64,000 bases of DNA from Octopus vulgaris. Taxonomy: Eukaryota. This document shows, piece by piece, positions 1 to 14,069 of the stretch. The stretch is from positions 73,408,001-73,472,000 of the forward strand of contig OX597833.1 in NCBI GenBank assembly GCA_951406725.2. Direction: 5' to 3'. Positions within the stretch are counted from its first letter, which is position 1, and each line of letters begins with the position of its first letter. The position numbers and the translations under genes were made by a program. The notes below the pieces were generated by a model, which saw only the letters and a program-made list of their open reading frames with translations, did no database searches and had not been told where the DNA came from.

Positions 1-340
1 AGTCATTAGACTGCGGTCATGTTAGAAGAACTTTTAGTCGAATGCATCGACCAAGTACTTATTTTTTAAGCCTGGTACTTATTCTATCGGCATCTTTTGC
101 TGAACCGCTAGATTATATGGGGACATAAACACGCCAACACTGGTTGTCAAGTGGTAGTGGAGTACATCCTCAGACACACACACATACTTTCCGTTTTCGT
201 CTACCAAATCCACTGACAAGGCTTTGGTCGGTCAGAGGCTATAGCAGAAGACACTCGCCCAGTGTGCAATGCAGTTGGAGTGAAGTCGCAATCATGTGGT
301 TGGGAAGCAACTTTCTAACCACACAGTCACGCTTGCGCCG
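1..340 (-). mobile_element. tRNA-derived SINE (abundant family A), degenerate copy
   Basis: Motifs ccaaatccact(c)acaaggctttggtcgg...gctatag(t)agaagacact and gtacttattctatcgg...gaaccgcta recur at 6410-6550, 23500-23790, 43600-44055, 47980-48115, 51230-51650 and 57125-57330. Confidence 0.75.
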
Positions 341-1562
341 AAACCATTGAGAAATGCTGGTGAGGAGTTATTCAAAATTCCAATTTTTGCTTCCTAAAAA
401 TATTTATACTTGTTTCACTCTGAAAAATATAACTCACACATACAGACATACAGATATAAACATATACAAATACACAAACTTATATAGAGACACTAGACAG
501 ACGCAGCTAAATGTTTTCGTATTTTTAATGAAAACATTCCAGCATTCCTCAAAAACAACGTGACGTAATAATGTAGTCATTCTCATTCTTGTACATTGAC
601 ATAAAAGGAGTAATAGGTAAATACACACGCGCACCCACACATATACATACCATGTGATATACACTGTGTGATTGTCAGCGTGTGTATGTTTACTACACAG
701 AAAGAAAGAGGTACTCAACATGTGTACTGGAGTATATAAGAATATATGTATGTATATGCATATATAAACATATATGTGTGTTTGTGTTCTTGTGTGTATG
801 TGAATAGATAGACATGTATTTATATATTTGTGTGTATATATATTGTGTGAGATCTTTGGTACAATTGGGTATATTTGAAAAAGAAAAACAATTACTTCAC
901 TGGTGGTTCTAATCAGTTTAATTTATCCTTTTTTAAATTTTAGTTCATAGATCTAATAAGTACTTTGTTAACTTGGGTGTGGAGATTTTTCTAAAAATTC
1001 CTTGTTAACTTTTTTGGAGAACTTCCTCGCATTCGTTGTCAAACAGATCTGAGGACTTGGGGTTCGGGGACTCTATTGATGGGGTTTGGGTGTGTGTGTG
1101 GGAGTGAAAGACTGCTGATGAATGATAGCTGAAAGTAATGAGTGGTCAACACAAGATACTTGGTTGGGTGTGGAGTTGGGAGGTGGCGGGGTGTTGTTTT
1201 GTGAAGCCATTTGAACAGTTTGACCTTTGATCAGAAATCTAATCACCAGATGTTTTTCCAAATTCTTTCTTTTGGTTATTTTCTATCTTTTTGTTGTGTG
1301 TCTGAGGTGGTATAATGGTAATGAGATCCAGATATTTTTCTGTATAGTGCTCAAAAGATTCAAACTTAGACTCCGATGTCTTTACAGGGACTCATCCCAC
1401 AAGGTAAAGAAAGGCTATAAGTGGGATCAGGTTGAGTGAGTATAGAAGCAATTATGGGGATACACAAATTAGACAGATCATATATATTAAAGACATCTAA
1501 TGCAAAATACGTTTATATGCATAAATGCAAAACGTGGAAACTTTCAGATGACGAATTTTTAT

Positions 1563-1651
<89 letters not shown>

Positions 1652-1739
1652 ACAATAAATCTCTGAGCGAGGTATACTATACTTCACAATTATAAATATG
1701 TAGATATCTATATTAATAGGTCCAGCTTACACAGATTAC

Positions 1740-2481
1740 AAGCGTCAGAGAAAATTAAAGAGGTTTGTACACTGTGTAAGTTAAAAACCCTCACGCACAT
1801 GGCACACTTTGGTTCTTCTCTGATGAGAAACATTCCGACCAAGACCAACTGTTTAACAGGAGAAATGAGAGATGGTTATGTGCAGATACTTCTGATGTCT
1901 CAGAGTGATGCACACTAAGTTGCCAACAGCTATAATGGTTTTACTAGTTGTGAGTAACGAGGTTGTATCATTCCACCTCACATTTTCCTCCAGGATCTTG
2001 GAATTAATGCTGCTAGATACGTCGAGTTGCAGGAGAGATTTGTTAAGCATCGGATGGATGAAATTTACAGGAAGGCTTTACATGATTCATTACCTTCTCA
2101 CAAAACCACATAACCCAAGAATGGATACCGGAAAATCTTTATGATCAAGTAGCATCAAACTTATGGCCTCCAAACGCGTCAGATTTAAATTTCTTGCATC
2201 ATCACGTTCGGAGCATTGTTGAGAGACGGACCAACATCTTCACAATATCATAGCTCCAGTGAAGGCTGCTGTTGTCCAGCTGATGTCCGAAATGAATAAG
2301 GTCCATTTAGTGCCATCAACAATTCCAGCCCCTCATTGTTGGAGCAGTCATCGAAACTGAGGGCGCATTCATACAATAATGTAATAAGGAAGCTTATCGA
2401 GAATACTAAAATACATTTGGTTTTTAGTAGTCATTTTATTAAATCACCAAATATGTCCTCAAATGCCTCTCACACCCTCTG
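1740..2481 (+). mobile_element. Tc1/mariner (maT/DD37D-like) transposase relic
   Basis: Frameshifted translation gives WFFSDEK...NRRNERWL, VMHTKLPTAIMVLLVVSNE and TQEWIPENLYDQVASNLWPPNASDLN (WPPNSPDLN motif). Ends in a TIR-like cacaccctctg. Confidence 0.75.
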
Positions 2482-4031
2482 TGTCTGTGTGCATGTGTTT
2501 GCGCGTACCTGCGTGTCTGATGACAGGTTGTAAATTGAAACCTTCCTGTAACAATCAACCTTTTCCGTATAAAAATTCATGAATATGGTGAGTGATCCTT
2601 TAATTTAATGTTCAACTGTTTTTACAGATATTATGTACAAACTAGCAAACACACATAGATATGTACTCATAAGTACATATACACATACACACACACTCTT
2701 ACGTGTATACACGCATGCATGCATACGTACATAAATACATACATACAAACATGCGTACGTACGTACATACGTAGATACATACATACCCACATACATAATG
2801 GTAGCCTACATAAGAATCAATGTGCAACACACACACACCATTATAATACACTAGCCTGCAGCACACGCGCGTACACTCACACACACACGCACACACACAT
2901 AAAGTTCTTACATACACCACTATATATAGCACTTCACACGCCACTAGAGTCTCACAAAGAGATAAAAGCTAGGTAAAAAGAAAAGCGTTTCAGTGAGACG
3001 CCTTACAGTCTTCTTTATTATTATTCATAATGGTTTTCTCGACACCATTATACAGCCGCCACCGCCACTCCAATACATTTTTGTATATCTGTCAATAGAA
3101 CAGGATTTAGTGCTCTTGTTATTGCTACTGTTGTTGTTATTATTTAGCATTAGCTTTAGTCATTATTAAAGGCATTCCGGTCACGAGTAATCCTGTCCTT
3201 TATGCTGGTATCTGAGGAATACATTGGCTAACGTGTTCCAGCCTCTTTGAAGGAGATTCTGTTGCCATTTTCCCGGGAAGGTGCAGCCTCGGTCGAGTAG
3301 GCAAGCAAAAGCATCCCGGCAGTAATCAGTTAGCTCCTGCAGAAATCTGCCTGGAGCTAAATAATCCCATGCGTCATTTTTATTTGCCATGACAGTGATT
3401 GAAGGCCTTTGAGAGAGATTTGATTGCTATTTCAAGAAAAGTCCAGCGACCAAATATACTCTCACCTTTTCTCATTGTTTCGAACAGCAGGACTATGATA
3501 TAGATTGTTGGTTGGTAGTATTGGTTGTAAGGAATGGTTGCTGTTCTTGTTAATTAATCCCGGGACAGAACTGTGATTAAAGCCGTTCCGGTCATAACCA
3601 TCCTGCCTTTTATGAGCATGTAGTATTACATTATCTAATGCATGGTTTCCTGATTATTATTTTTTTTATTCGTTTCCCACCCCACCCTTTTCTCCTGCTA
3701 CTTTTTAAAAGCGAATTTACCCACCCCCTCTAAACATCACTACCAGCCGACGAAGAGAAAATTTAAAACATTGGCTTTTAAACGTTATTATTTGAAATTC
3801 AGTAACAATAAAAACAACACATAATTTTATTTCACTTACATATGATTTAATGATGAACAGATTCCAGAACCAAAAACAGTCTAAATTAAACAACTTCATT
3901 AGCGGTAATTAACAAGTATAAAATAGAGATTGTTAAATCTAAAGCGTTAAAAAGAAAACAAAAAATATGGCATTTATTTTTTAAAATATGCCTTCTTCAG
4001 AATTTCCCCTTAACTTCAGATTTTTATAAAA

Positions 4032-6200
4032 TACTCTCGGTTCCCAAATGAATGTGGGGTTGGAATAAGCAAGTGGGTCGGACATGTGTTTAAATTCATA
4101 TAAGCGGGAGCGTTGGAATAAACGAGGGCAGGTGGGAATCAATAACTGTATAATGTCTGTACAAAAATTAGGAAAAAAGCATCTTAAGGTATATATAACG
4201 ACACAACGAGGTAAAAGAAATCAACAAGAGGCAAGTGAAATTAGCACATACATGTGCTTCAAACGTTCACTTTAGTTAAGATATATATTTGGATGATGAA
4301 AATAAGACATTTGTTAATTATTGTAATTATGGGATTTTTTTAATTGCTGTGGACTAAACAGACATTGATACAAGGAAGACGTCTTAAAAAGAAAGGAAAG
4401 TAAAACAATGAAAAGAGTATAATTACCGTTTCGTGAACTTGCAGTATTTATTATACTATACATAAAAAAACATAGCACTCTATAAATGGGTATAAATAAT
4501 AGACTCGTGCTTTTCTGTCTCTGTCCTTCTGAAGGTTTGTCGGTTTTGATATTCGCTTCTTTACGGATCGCCGAGCTCCACTGACAGGTGACATAAGTTT
4601 GCTTCGATATGGCAAGAAGTTTCATTTTCATCCAATATTTTCTGTATTTTTTCAAGGAACAGGGCATCTTTATTAACCTGATCATCACTGCTGATTCCTA
4701 CAAGAGAGATAAAGCTTCTCGTCATCATGTTTGGTCGATCGTGCTTTGGCTCCTGTGAAACCCCCATGGGGATTTCTCCAGATGGTTCAATCATCTCCAG
4801 AAGATTCCCAGATGGCCGGCTTTCATCTTCTGACTAACTTTCGGCAGCTTTTTTTCTCAATGCCGTCACCATCAAATAGTTCTGAGTATTCAATATTGTT
4901 TTTACGCTTGACTTCCTTCGGTGGAATTAAGTTCTTAATGACTCTCTGAATAGTAAGTATTTGGGCAGGGATTTGACATCATCTCTGAACGAAACTCTCG
5001 CATCGACGGACCGACGAGGTGCACGATTCGGTCTGTCACCTTACAGTCTTCAGAACCATCGAAAGCGTTTGTGCCCCACGTCAACTTGAAAGCAGCTTCG
5101 ACATCAATCTTGCAATCTGCATGTGCTTTATGTAGCATCTGCATCATCTCGGATCGATTGGGCGTGGATATTTTATTCGGAGTTTGAATTAACTTTTCTA
5201 GCATCTTTGCTTTCTCTATTTCGTGATATTTTGCTTTCAGTTGTTTGTGCAAATGCGTATCGTTAACTTGAACGCATCCGGTGACACCACCGATGATGAC
5301 TGGTACATAACCCCTTTTCCAGAGGGCGTCTCTCACTTCTGGCATCAAATGCACCATGTAATCATCGAGCACATAAATGACAAAGTTTGCGTGTGAAAAC
5401 ATATTGAATCGGTTTGGAAGGTTTTCAATAGTGCAGAGCAGCTATTCTAATCTATAAGAACCTTTAGGTGACCATTAATATTTCATTGTAGGCTGGGCTT
5501 TCAGTAGTGATGGTCTTTTTCCAATTCCTTTGAATACAAACTCTGGGATAAGATTGATTTTGGTATCATTGCTAACCTGGGTGAACACTGTAATACGTTC
5601 CCTAGACAAATGGTTTTCTTTGACGAACGTATCTTGATTTCTGAATGATAAGGTAGCTTGTCTGCTACTTTCATTCCGGTTCAAGGGCATTTGATCTCCA
5701 TTGATAATAGGAAGTTCTACACCAAATTTGTCAAGGAATTAATCTTGAATGCGCCCAACACATTGCTCTTTGGAGATTGAAATGCGTTTGTTTGGAAATT
5801 TCAGTGATACCCCATGGCCAACCTTTCATACAGTTTTTTGAAAAACAAAGCTTTTCTTCAATTGCTGTGTCTGGTGTTGGCAAATCCACTCCTCATAAAA
5901 TTTCTCGGCCTGTAATAGGACTAGAGCTTGTGGTAACCTCGCATGCAGCGATGTTCTAGCATCCACAAACCATCCCAACACGGCATTTCTCTCGTTTCAG
6001 CCACTCCGAAACGTTTCTTTGGATTTTTTCCAGCGCTGCCAAGTTCGCCTTTCAGATATTTTTCATAGCAGCGTTTGGCTATTTTGACAGCAGAATCAAA
6101 TAGTCAATCATATTTTGACACTGGCCAGATTCTAGTAAAACAAACGAACTGTTTTGGCGAGATATCCCTGTTTCGAGGTGTCTAGGACATGGTGTTTCCT
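4032..6200 (-). mobile_element. pogo-like DDE transposon relic
   Basis: ORFs 4935-5402 (VLDDYMVHLMPEV...VIIGGVTGCVQVNDTHLHKQLKAKY) and 5475-5690 (ERITVFTQV...PEFVFKGIG) resemble pogo/DDE_1 transposases. Repeated ggaataa(g/a)c subterminal motifs at 4032-4140. Confidence 0.65.
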
Positions 6201-6548
6201 TTTAGCATCCCAATGAGTTTTCCCTTTCATTCGCTCTAATTCATTTCCCTTTTCGAAGTAGATTTATCACTCCAATTTATGTACCCCATATCTCATTAAC
6301 TTTTGCCTCATTTCAGATGATAGAAAAGATGTGAGACTGAGGGGTTTTGGTGCAGATTTGGCTGCCGTTTCTAGCAGTTAAATCGACATTGCAGCTTCTT
6401 TCATTTTCTGTAGGCCAAATCCACTCACAAGGCTTTGGTCAGCCCGAGAACATAGTAGAAGACACTTGCCAAGGTGCCACGCAGTGGAACTGAACCGGGG
6501 ACCATGTGGTTGGGAAGCAAGCTTCTTACCATATACCCATGCTTGCGC

Positions 6549-6601
<53 letters not shown>

Positions 6602-6910
6602 AACACACACACAGAAACGCACGCACACAAACGCACGCACATACAAACGCATGCACATACACGCATGCACGCACACGTGCACACACACACACGCACACAT
6701 ATATGGTGGTTGTCTACTCCTTATGCAGAGTTTGAACGCCTCCTTTACCTACACCCTAGAACCATCATGACGTCTGATGTGGCTTTTTAAACCAGACAAT
6801 GTTCTGTAAAGACACCCACATAGATTGCACATCCGATTTGGACCACCAAGAGCTGCAGATAAGTTCTGATCGTTGTGAATCTTAAAATGTCTCTTGCGAC
6901 CTCCGTTATA

Positions 6911-7900
6911 TCAGGTCATCCCATAAGTTCTGTCAGATTTTATAGTTTTTAAATTGAATGAAATTTAATAGTATTTTAGAATGCTTAGTGGAATTAAAAA
7001 TTATTTTTATGCATTTGTGTATATTTAAACTAATTAAATATTATTTTACAGAATAATAGAATTAAAATTTCTTTGATTAAAACCCTTTCTAACATGGAAG
7101 TATCCAAAGAGTATTTGAGGCACAATGCTTTATGAGTACAAAAAAGGAAACTCTGCAGCCGTGACGACTCGTAACATACACTCAGTTTATGTGAAAGAAT
7201 GCTTGAATAAAAGAACTTGCAGAAGATGGTTTGCAAAATTCAGAAGTGGAGATTTCAGCCTTGAAGAGGAAGATTGAACAGGACGTCTTGTTGAGTTTGA
7301 TGATAAACTCCTTGAGGCATCACTTGAAGAAAATCCTGCATTATCAGTTAAAGAATAAGCAATAAAGCTTAGTTCAAACCATACAACTGTTCATCGTCAT
7401 CTTCAACAACTTAGAAAGGTTCCTAAACTTGGAAAATAGGTGCCTCATGAATTGTCAGAAAGCAACCGCAAATCCCGAGTTGACATCTGCTCTTCTCTCC
7501 ATTCTCGCGAACTCATTTCACCCTTTTTGGATAGACTTGCGACAGGTGACGAAAAATGGATCTTCTATCGAAATGTTAAACGTCGTAAACAGTGGCTTAG
7601 TAAAAGGGAAAAAAGCTCAACCACAACCAAGAATGGAACTTCATGGGAAAAGGGTTATTCTCTCTATCTGGTGGGATTGCAAAGGAGTAATTCACTTTGA
7701 ATTGTTACCACCTAATGCAACAGTCAATGCTCAAGTCTACTGTCAGCAATTAGAGCGTTTGAACCAAGCTTTGAAGAAAAAAAGACCCGCTTTAGTGAAT
7801 CGAAAGGGAGTGATGTTTCATTAGGACAATGCGCGACCCCACACTGCAAAGATCATATCACATAAGATCGAAGAACTTGATTGGAAAAAAATTCCTCTTT
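6911..7900 (+). mobile_element. mariner element, 3'-truncated
   Basis: TA followed by TIR-like tcaggtcatcccataagttctgtcagattt. Transposase fragments VPHELSE, TGDEKWIFY and VILSIWWDCKGVIHFELL...VMFH*DNARPH. Confidence 0.85.
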
Positions 7901-8092
7901 GAAAGTCCGATAGATCTGTCATTTTAATGAATTTTAATTACCTTTATCTGATAATATCTAAAAAGAAACAGCAATTTTAGTAAAACATATTAAGCAACAC
8001 TAATAATAAATCAAAAAACATAAAAATAAACAAGCCTTTGATAGTATTATAGATATTTCAAAATTATGATGCTATGATGCTAGATGTTTCAA

Positions 8093-8965
8093 TTATTTTG
8101 TCCAACCCCTGTACATAAATGAATCGTACATAAACCCCAAGTAACTTGCCCTTAACAAAATTGTAGATGGGTTAGAAACAGCACCACACGCAGGTTGGTG
8201 CATTACAGCTGTTTTTTCAAGTTGATGGTCAAAGCCAAAATCCCCACAAGTTAATTCAAATGCAGATACAAAAGATGACAAATTTGTTTCCGAATAACTG
8301 ACAAGATTGCAAGCCTCAGTGTATAAAAGTTCCCTAATGAGTGAAGTAAGAACCTTCGTTTTGAATTTCAGTCTGGTCAGATTAAAAACATTCCTTGTTG
8401 TTCGATATTTTATGTAAATACCCACCTCAGAGTTTTGAAAAGCGTGAGACAACACAGCAGAAAAGTATATTTCAAAGAGGGTGGGTACATCAAGGTCTCC
8501 TTGCTTTACTCCATTTTCTACGGCAAAAGATTCAGAGAGCCTACCACCCAAGTTAACTCTAGCTTTCATATCTTGATGTAAAGCCCTGATCATGTTTACA
8601 AATTTTTCTGGTAAACTATTTTCCTTAGAATTAGCCACAGAGCATTTCGATTAACAATATCGAATGCTTTGCTCAAATCAACAAAGCAATGGTATAGGGC
8701 AAGATTCTGTTCAATGCACTTTTCTTGCCATTGTCTGATAGTAAAGATACAATCAGCTGTGCCCCTGGAAGAACAAAAACCACACTGAGACTCAGGCACT
8801 ATATTTGGAACTATGGAGGTGTTTAAACGTTCTAGTAAAATGCGGGCAAGTACCTTTCCAACCACAGACAAAAGCGAAATATCACGAAAATTACCACTCA
8901 GATCCTTTGGCCCCGATTTACACAAGGAGACTAAAATGGCATCAATACAGTCTTTAGGCACTTTC
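8093..8965 (-). mobile_element. RTE-clade LINE reverse transcriptase fragment
   Basis: ISLLSVVGKVLARIL...PESQCGF...FVDLSKAFD and GVKQGD in ORFs 8596-8961 and 8093-8638, frameshifted. Confidence 0.9.
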
Positions 8966-9125
8966 TCAGATCTCCATCAATATGTAAAGGTGGTTCTTCA
9001 GCATGGCCGCAGTCAAATGACAAACAAATAAACGAATAAAAGAATATATATACATGTGATCTCTTGAGCACCACCAGCAAAAATATTTTTTCCTCTGTCT
9101 TCCCTTCTTGGGATCTTTCCTTCTC

Positions 9126-9165
9126 CTTGTTTCCGACGAAGAGCTCCGCTCGAAACGTTAAACCC
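9126..9165 (+). ncRNA. degenerate minimal hammerhead ribozyme motif (Penelope pLTR type)
   Basis: ccgacga-a-gagc tcc gctc-gaaacgtt: CUGANGA with one mismatch, a 4-bp stem II, GAAA and palindromic aacgtt. Confidence 0.45.
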
Positions 9166-9267
9166 TCCTTCCCTTCTTTCCTGAGCGTCAATAATACTTT
9201 AATTGTTCCACGTTCTCGCGTTGCTGTGTTTTTTTTTCTCTTTTTTTCTGTGTTTTCTTGTTTGGAT

Positions 9268-9334
<67 letters not shown>

Positions 9335-9509
9335 TAATCAATATAAGGGTAGCAAAAAAATTCAAGAAAAATTTTCTGCAACCAGCGGTCAAGTGAGAAA
9401 ATAGAAATAGTCACAGACTATATAATATATTCAACAATAATAGTTGAGTTTAGCTGCTCTTTTCAAGTGAGTTGAATGGCCTGTCAGGGTCATTCCTTAA
9501 TATTATTGT

Positions 9510-9570
<61 letters not shown>

Positions 9571-9869
9571 CTTAGGACTAGCTACACTAATAACCAGGTG
9601 TTAGAACTCATACATATGCTTCAGAAAAAACCTACTCAAGTTCATTACATAATTTCTTGTTCCGTTGTCTTTTTATTCAATTTCATCAATGTGTGTATGG
9701 GCATGTGCATGCGTGTGCGTGTGTGTGTAATCGGTTAACTGTTTATTAGTTTAAAGAAAAAACACTGATTTTTTTCTTTTTTCTTGAGCAGTGATGTTTT
9801 ATGTTCTCGCTGGTTATGGCCGGTCAACATGTTACCATTGATCCCACGTCTATTATTGCTCTTGGCAAT

Positions 9870-10190
9870 GTAGGCGACTCAACACACCTGCCGGCTGTAG
9901 GCATATAACCTCTTTATTAATGGAAGCAAGAATACAGTCTTGGTCAGAATCGTAGTAATAAAAAAACCTGAAACAAAACCCCTTCTGGATGAGCCGTAGT
10001 TATCTCCTTTTGAACAGTTACAGTTGTGTTCAAATTTTCTCTCATGAGGGCACCAGCTAAACACTTTAGTTTTGGAATTTTAAAAGTCCCTCCCCTCGCT
10101 CAAGCGAATGTTTTACGATCCTTGCCTTCTCGGCCAAGCAAAGTTCACATCGTCTGCTTCCGGTGTATATGGTCTGAATCATACTATAGT
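9870..10190 (-). mobile_element. Penelope-like element C-terminal (GIY-YIG tail) fragment
   Basis: YTGSRRCELCLAEK motif typical of Penelope endonuclease C-termini. Confidence 0.6.
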
Positions 10191-10210
10191 ATAAATCATC
10201 ATCATCATCA

Positions 10211-10290
<80 letters not shown>

Positions 10291-10292
<2 letters not shown>

Positions 10293-11780
10293 ATAGTTTT
10301 ATATTTATACCGTGCTTTCACTTCACTACCGAGCGCAGCTCTGTGTGCCTTGGGTATTTGCTGAGGTTTGCTGTGATGCTCTTATGGTTATTGTATTGGA
10401 AGTGTTTTGCGTAGGATGTGTGCAGTGCCTAGTAGCGCTATTTTCTGTATGTTATATATACTTATTAGTCCTGGGGTTTTTGTTATGTATTTGTCTGAAT
10501 ATTTTTTTATCATACCTAATGCACCCACTATGATAGGAATTTGTTTCTGTCTTTAGATTCCACATTCTGGTTACCTCTATTTCCAGGTCTTTGTATTTTG
10601 AAAGTTTCTCCATTTCTTTTAGTGAAACGTTGTCATCTGCTGGTATTGATACATCAATTAGAAAGCATTTTTTTCTTCGTGATTTCTGACAACTATATCT
10701 GGCCTATTGGCCTTAATTTCCCTGTCAGTGTGTATTGGCATATCCCAGAGTATGGTTGCTTTCTCGTTTTCTGTGACCTTTTCTGGCGTGTGCTTATACC
10801 ATCTTTTTTCTGTTTGTTATTCCATAGTGTTGGCATGAGTGTATGTAGGTCCCAACTCTGTCGTGTCTGTGAATATATTCCTTCTTAGCCAGAACTGGGC
10901 AGCCAGAGATAATATGATTTATTGTTTCTTGTCCATCTCCACATATTCTGCAGTTACTTGTTATATTTCTTTTCATTATATGTTTTTGGTAATTTCTGGT
11001 GGGGAGGCTTTGGTTTTGTGCTGCAATTAAAAATCCCTCCGTCTCTGCTTTGAGTCCTGAGCTTCTCAACCATTGGTGGGATTTTTCTCTGTCTATTTTT
11101 TTTGCATTTAGTTTAGCCCAGTATTTGCCATGAAGGGGCTTTTCTTGCCATCCTTTTATCATGGTCCGTTGTTGTTCTAGTTTTAGTTTGGATTTCATTT
11201 GTTTTATAGCTTTTGTTGTTTCTTCTTCTTCATATTTGTTAGATAGTATGAATTCCTGTTTGTATTTGTCAGCTTCCTGAAATACTGCAAACAGATTTTT
11301 GTTTTGCTCGTGTTTTGTGGCTATTTGTATTAGTTTTCCTTGCTTCTGAAGTATGTATTTTTGCAGTCCTATGGTAGTTATTTTTAGCATTGAGCTCTGT
11401 TTTCAGTATTGCTTTAACTCGTCTATACTATTCTTTCTTTAATTTTTATTTCATTTGTGTGTGTTGTATCGTATCTAATTCATGGATTCTTTGTGTGTAT
11501 TGTATCTATTGAACATTTGTTAGTTGTAGGCTAATTTCTACTGCATTACCTGTTATACCCCTGTGTCTCTAGGGTGTGTGCAACTTTGAGTGTGCAAACT
11601 TTTCCTGCTGCTTGTATTGCGTCAGTTTCTTTTTTTGCTGTATTAGTGTTTATATTGTGTGTTGTGTGCGTTATGCGTTGGGTATCCGGCTTGCTAGTGG
11701 TATTTTATTGGATATTTATTAGATTGTGTCTTGCGTTTGTGGATTTTATTTAGGTTGTATTATTGTCTTGCGTAGGAGAG
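10291..11780 (-). mobile_element. R4/Dong-clade non-LTR retrotransposon, internally deleted
   Basis: KPLHGKY...WLRSSGLKAETEGFLIAAQNQSL...CRICGDGQETINHIISGC (CCHC knuckle) and RPDIVV restriction-like endonuclease motif. The 3' end abuts (TAA)n at 10195-10290. Confidence 0.85.
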
Positions 11781-12039
11781 GGGTTGTTCCTAATTATTAT
11801 TGTTCTTATTCTCTTTCAATTTTGTTTCCATTTCTTGCCGAGTGTCTTCTTTGAACAAAGAAACTCACTATACACTGCTAGGCCACTAAAATATACACAC
11901 CAGATCGTTCATTTACAAAGCCATGTAGCTGGAAAAAAAAAGAAGGAAAGAAAAAGGAAAGAAGAAAAATTATTTTACGAATGGGAAAAAATAAAAAAAG
12001 GTAAACAAGGAAAATAAAGGAGGGAAAAGGAAAGAAAAT

Positions 12040-12690
12040 TCACAGTGACAATGTTCTTCTCAATACGTGTGACCAGTTACCAGTGAAAACAAACTTTTGC
12101 ATGCATTGCATGAATGGTAGCTCAGGGATTATTCTCAAAGAATTTTCAGTTTCATTTTTGATCAATCCAAGTATTCCTACAATCATTGGTATTGTAACTG
12201 TCTTGAGATGCCACATTTTTTCCTTTCCACTCAGCAAATCTTTATATTTTCTAAGCTTATTGAATTTTTTTTGTCGAGATATTATGATCACAAGGTATGC
12301 TCATGTCAGTCAATAAGTAGATTTTATTCTTACTTTTCTAGTCTTCGACAACAATATCTGGTTTATTAGCTTTGACAGTCCGGTCTGAATGTACTGGAAA
12401 GTCCCAAAGAACCGTTGCATTTTCTCCCTTAGTTACATCCTCAAGCTGATGCTTGAATCATTTGTCAGCTTAATTTTATAATGCCAACATATTAACCAAT
12501 GTAAATATTGGCCAAATCTGTCATGTCTTGATTTATATTCTATTGGTACTAAAACTTTGCTTCCAGAGATTAGGTGGCCCCCTGTTTCAACCTCCACGTT
12601 GCAGTATCGACCCCTTGGGTCTACTCTATTTTTCATCACATTAGCTTAGTTATTGTGGGTTAATAAGCTCTGATTTTGAGCATATCATTA
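12040..12690 (-). mobile_element. R4/Dong-clade LINE 3' fragment
   Basis: ETGGHLISGSKVLVPIEYKSRHD and KYKDLL...KMWHLKTVTIPMIVGILG motifs. Confidence 0.75.
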
Positions 12691-12694
12691 TAAT

Positions 12695-12695
12695 T

Positions 12696-12762
<67 letters not shown>

Positions 12763-13013
12763 TCATCATCATCATTATCATCATCATCATCATCATCGTC
12801 GTCGTCGTCGTCGTCATCAACATCATCATCATCATCATCATCATCATCGTCATCATCATTACTATTATTATTATCATCATCATTATCATTATTGTTATTA
12901 TCCTTTCTGCAACCTCAACCCTGTCTCACTATTACCATTTCTTGCTAGTGTCTTTAAGAATCTACCACGAAAACTTTCTCTCCTCCTCCTCCTCCTCCTC
13001 CTCATCATCATCA

Positions 13014-13071
<58 letters not shown>

Positions 13072-13085
13072 CATTATCATCATTA
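12695..13085. repeat. compound trinucleotide microsatellites (CAT/CGT/CCT/TAT)n
   Basis: Directly visible in the sequence. Confidence 0.95.
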
Positions 13086-14069
13086 AGTCAGATCATTAAG
13101 CAGAAATGTTACAGCATCAGAAAAAAGTATTATCTGGTATTTATTCTCGTTCTTGACGTTCTTTGTTCAAATTAGGTTGACTTTGCCTTTCATCTTTTAG
13201 TTCTAATAAAATAAACCTGTAATCAAATACTGAGGTCGTTATAAACGTCTAATGCCCACCACCGCCTAACTAAACATTAATGGCTTTCAGCCTGAATCAG
13301 AAACAATTATTGTTGTTTATGGTTGTTTTATTGTTTTTTATTATTAATTTTGGGATTGTTCGCGTTTTCGCTCGACCACATACAAAATACACAGCTATTT
13401 CTCTTTCTCTTTCAAGAAGCCACATCCGCCTGCAGGGATTCAATTGTTGATAAGCAACTACCGTTTATTTTTCAGTCTTTGTTTAAGATCTTTCTAACAT
13501 TGTTCGGTATATGTATGTATGTTGTTGTTGTTGTTGTAGTTGTAGTTGCTGTTGATGTTGACGATTATGATGTTGCTGTTGATGTTTCTTTTTTATCACC
13601 GGGTTACAGCGAGCAGATGTTTGATTAAAACTGCTCCAGTCTTGATCATCCCATTACCTTTTATTCAGGCATTTTGTATCAAGAGTTTCACTCTTTTTGT
13701 GTTACTCCTTTTATTTTTCTCTTAAGACAGTAGGCATTGTTAGCCATTATTTCTAGCAGATCGAACGAGCAGGTAGAGGGTCCTTTATTAAGATTAGCTG
13801 GCTTCTTTAAGCTATTGTAATTGCTTAACACCAGAGCAGACATAATGCAGTGGTCTTATGACCAAACGTTGTCTGTCCGTGATCATTTTATCAACCTATT
13901 CAGACATAATGTATACAAGATTACATCTTTATTATTGTTCTTCACTTTGTGTTTTAAGATAATAGAATGTTTTATTTGAGGGAAATCATCCTGCCACTCC
14001 TATCAAGTTTGACGAATTTCGGTAACAGTGGAACTAGACTTAGATATAAAAAAAAAACTTAGATATGTT

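Noticed and set aside
860-1440. Possible Penelope N-terminal coding relic on the minus strand
   Set aside because: Too degenerate to support by eye.
3100-3700. Recurring motif gatttggctgctatttctagcag (also 6350, 13740, 26370, 31200, 59510)
   Set aside because: Behaves as fragments of an old dispersed repeat. Boundaries and class cannot be defined, and there is no evidence of regulatory function.
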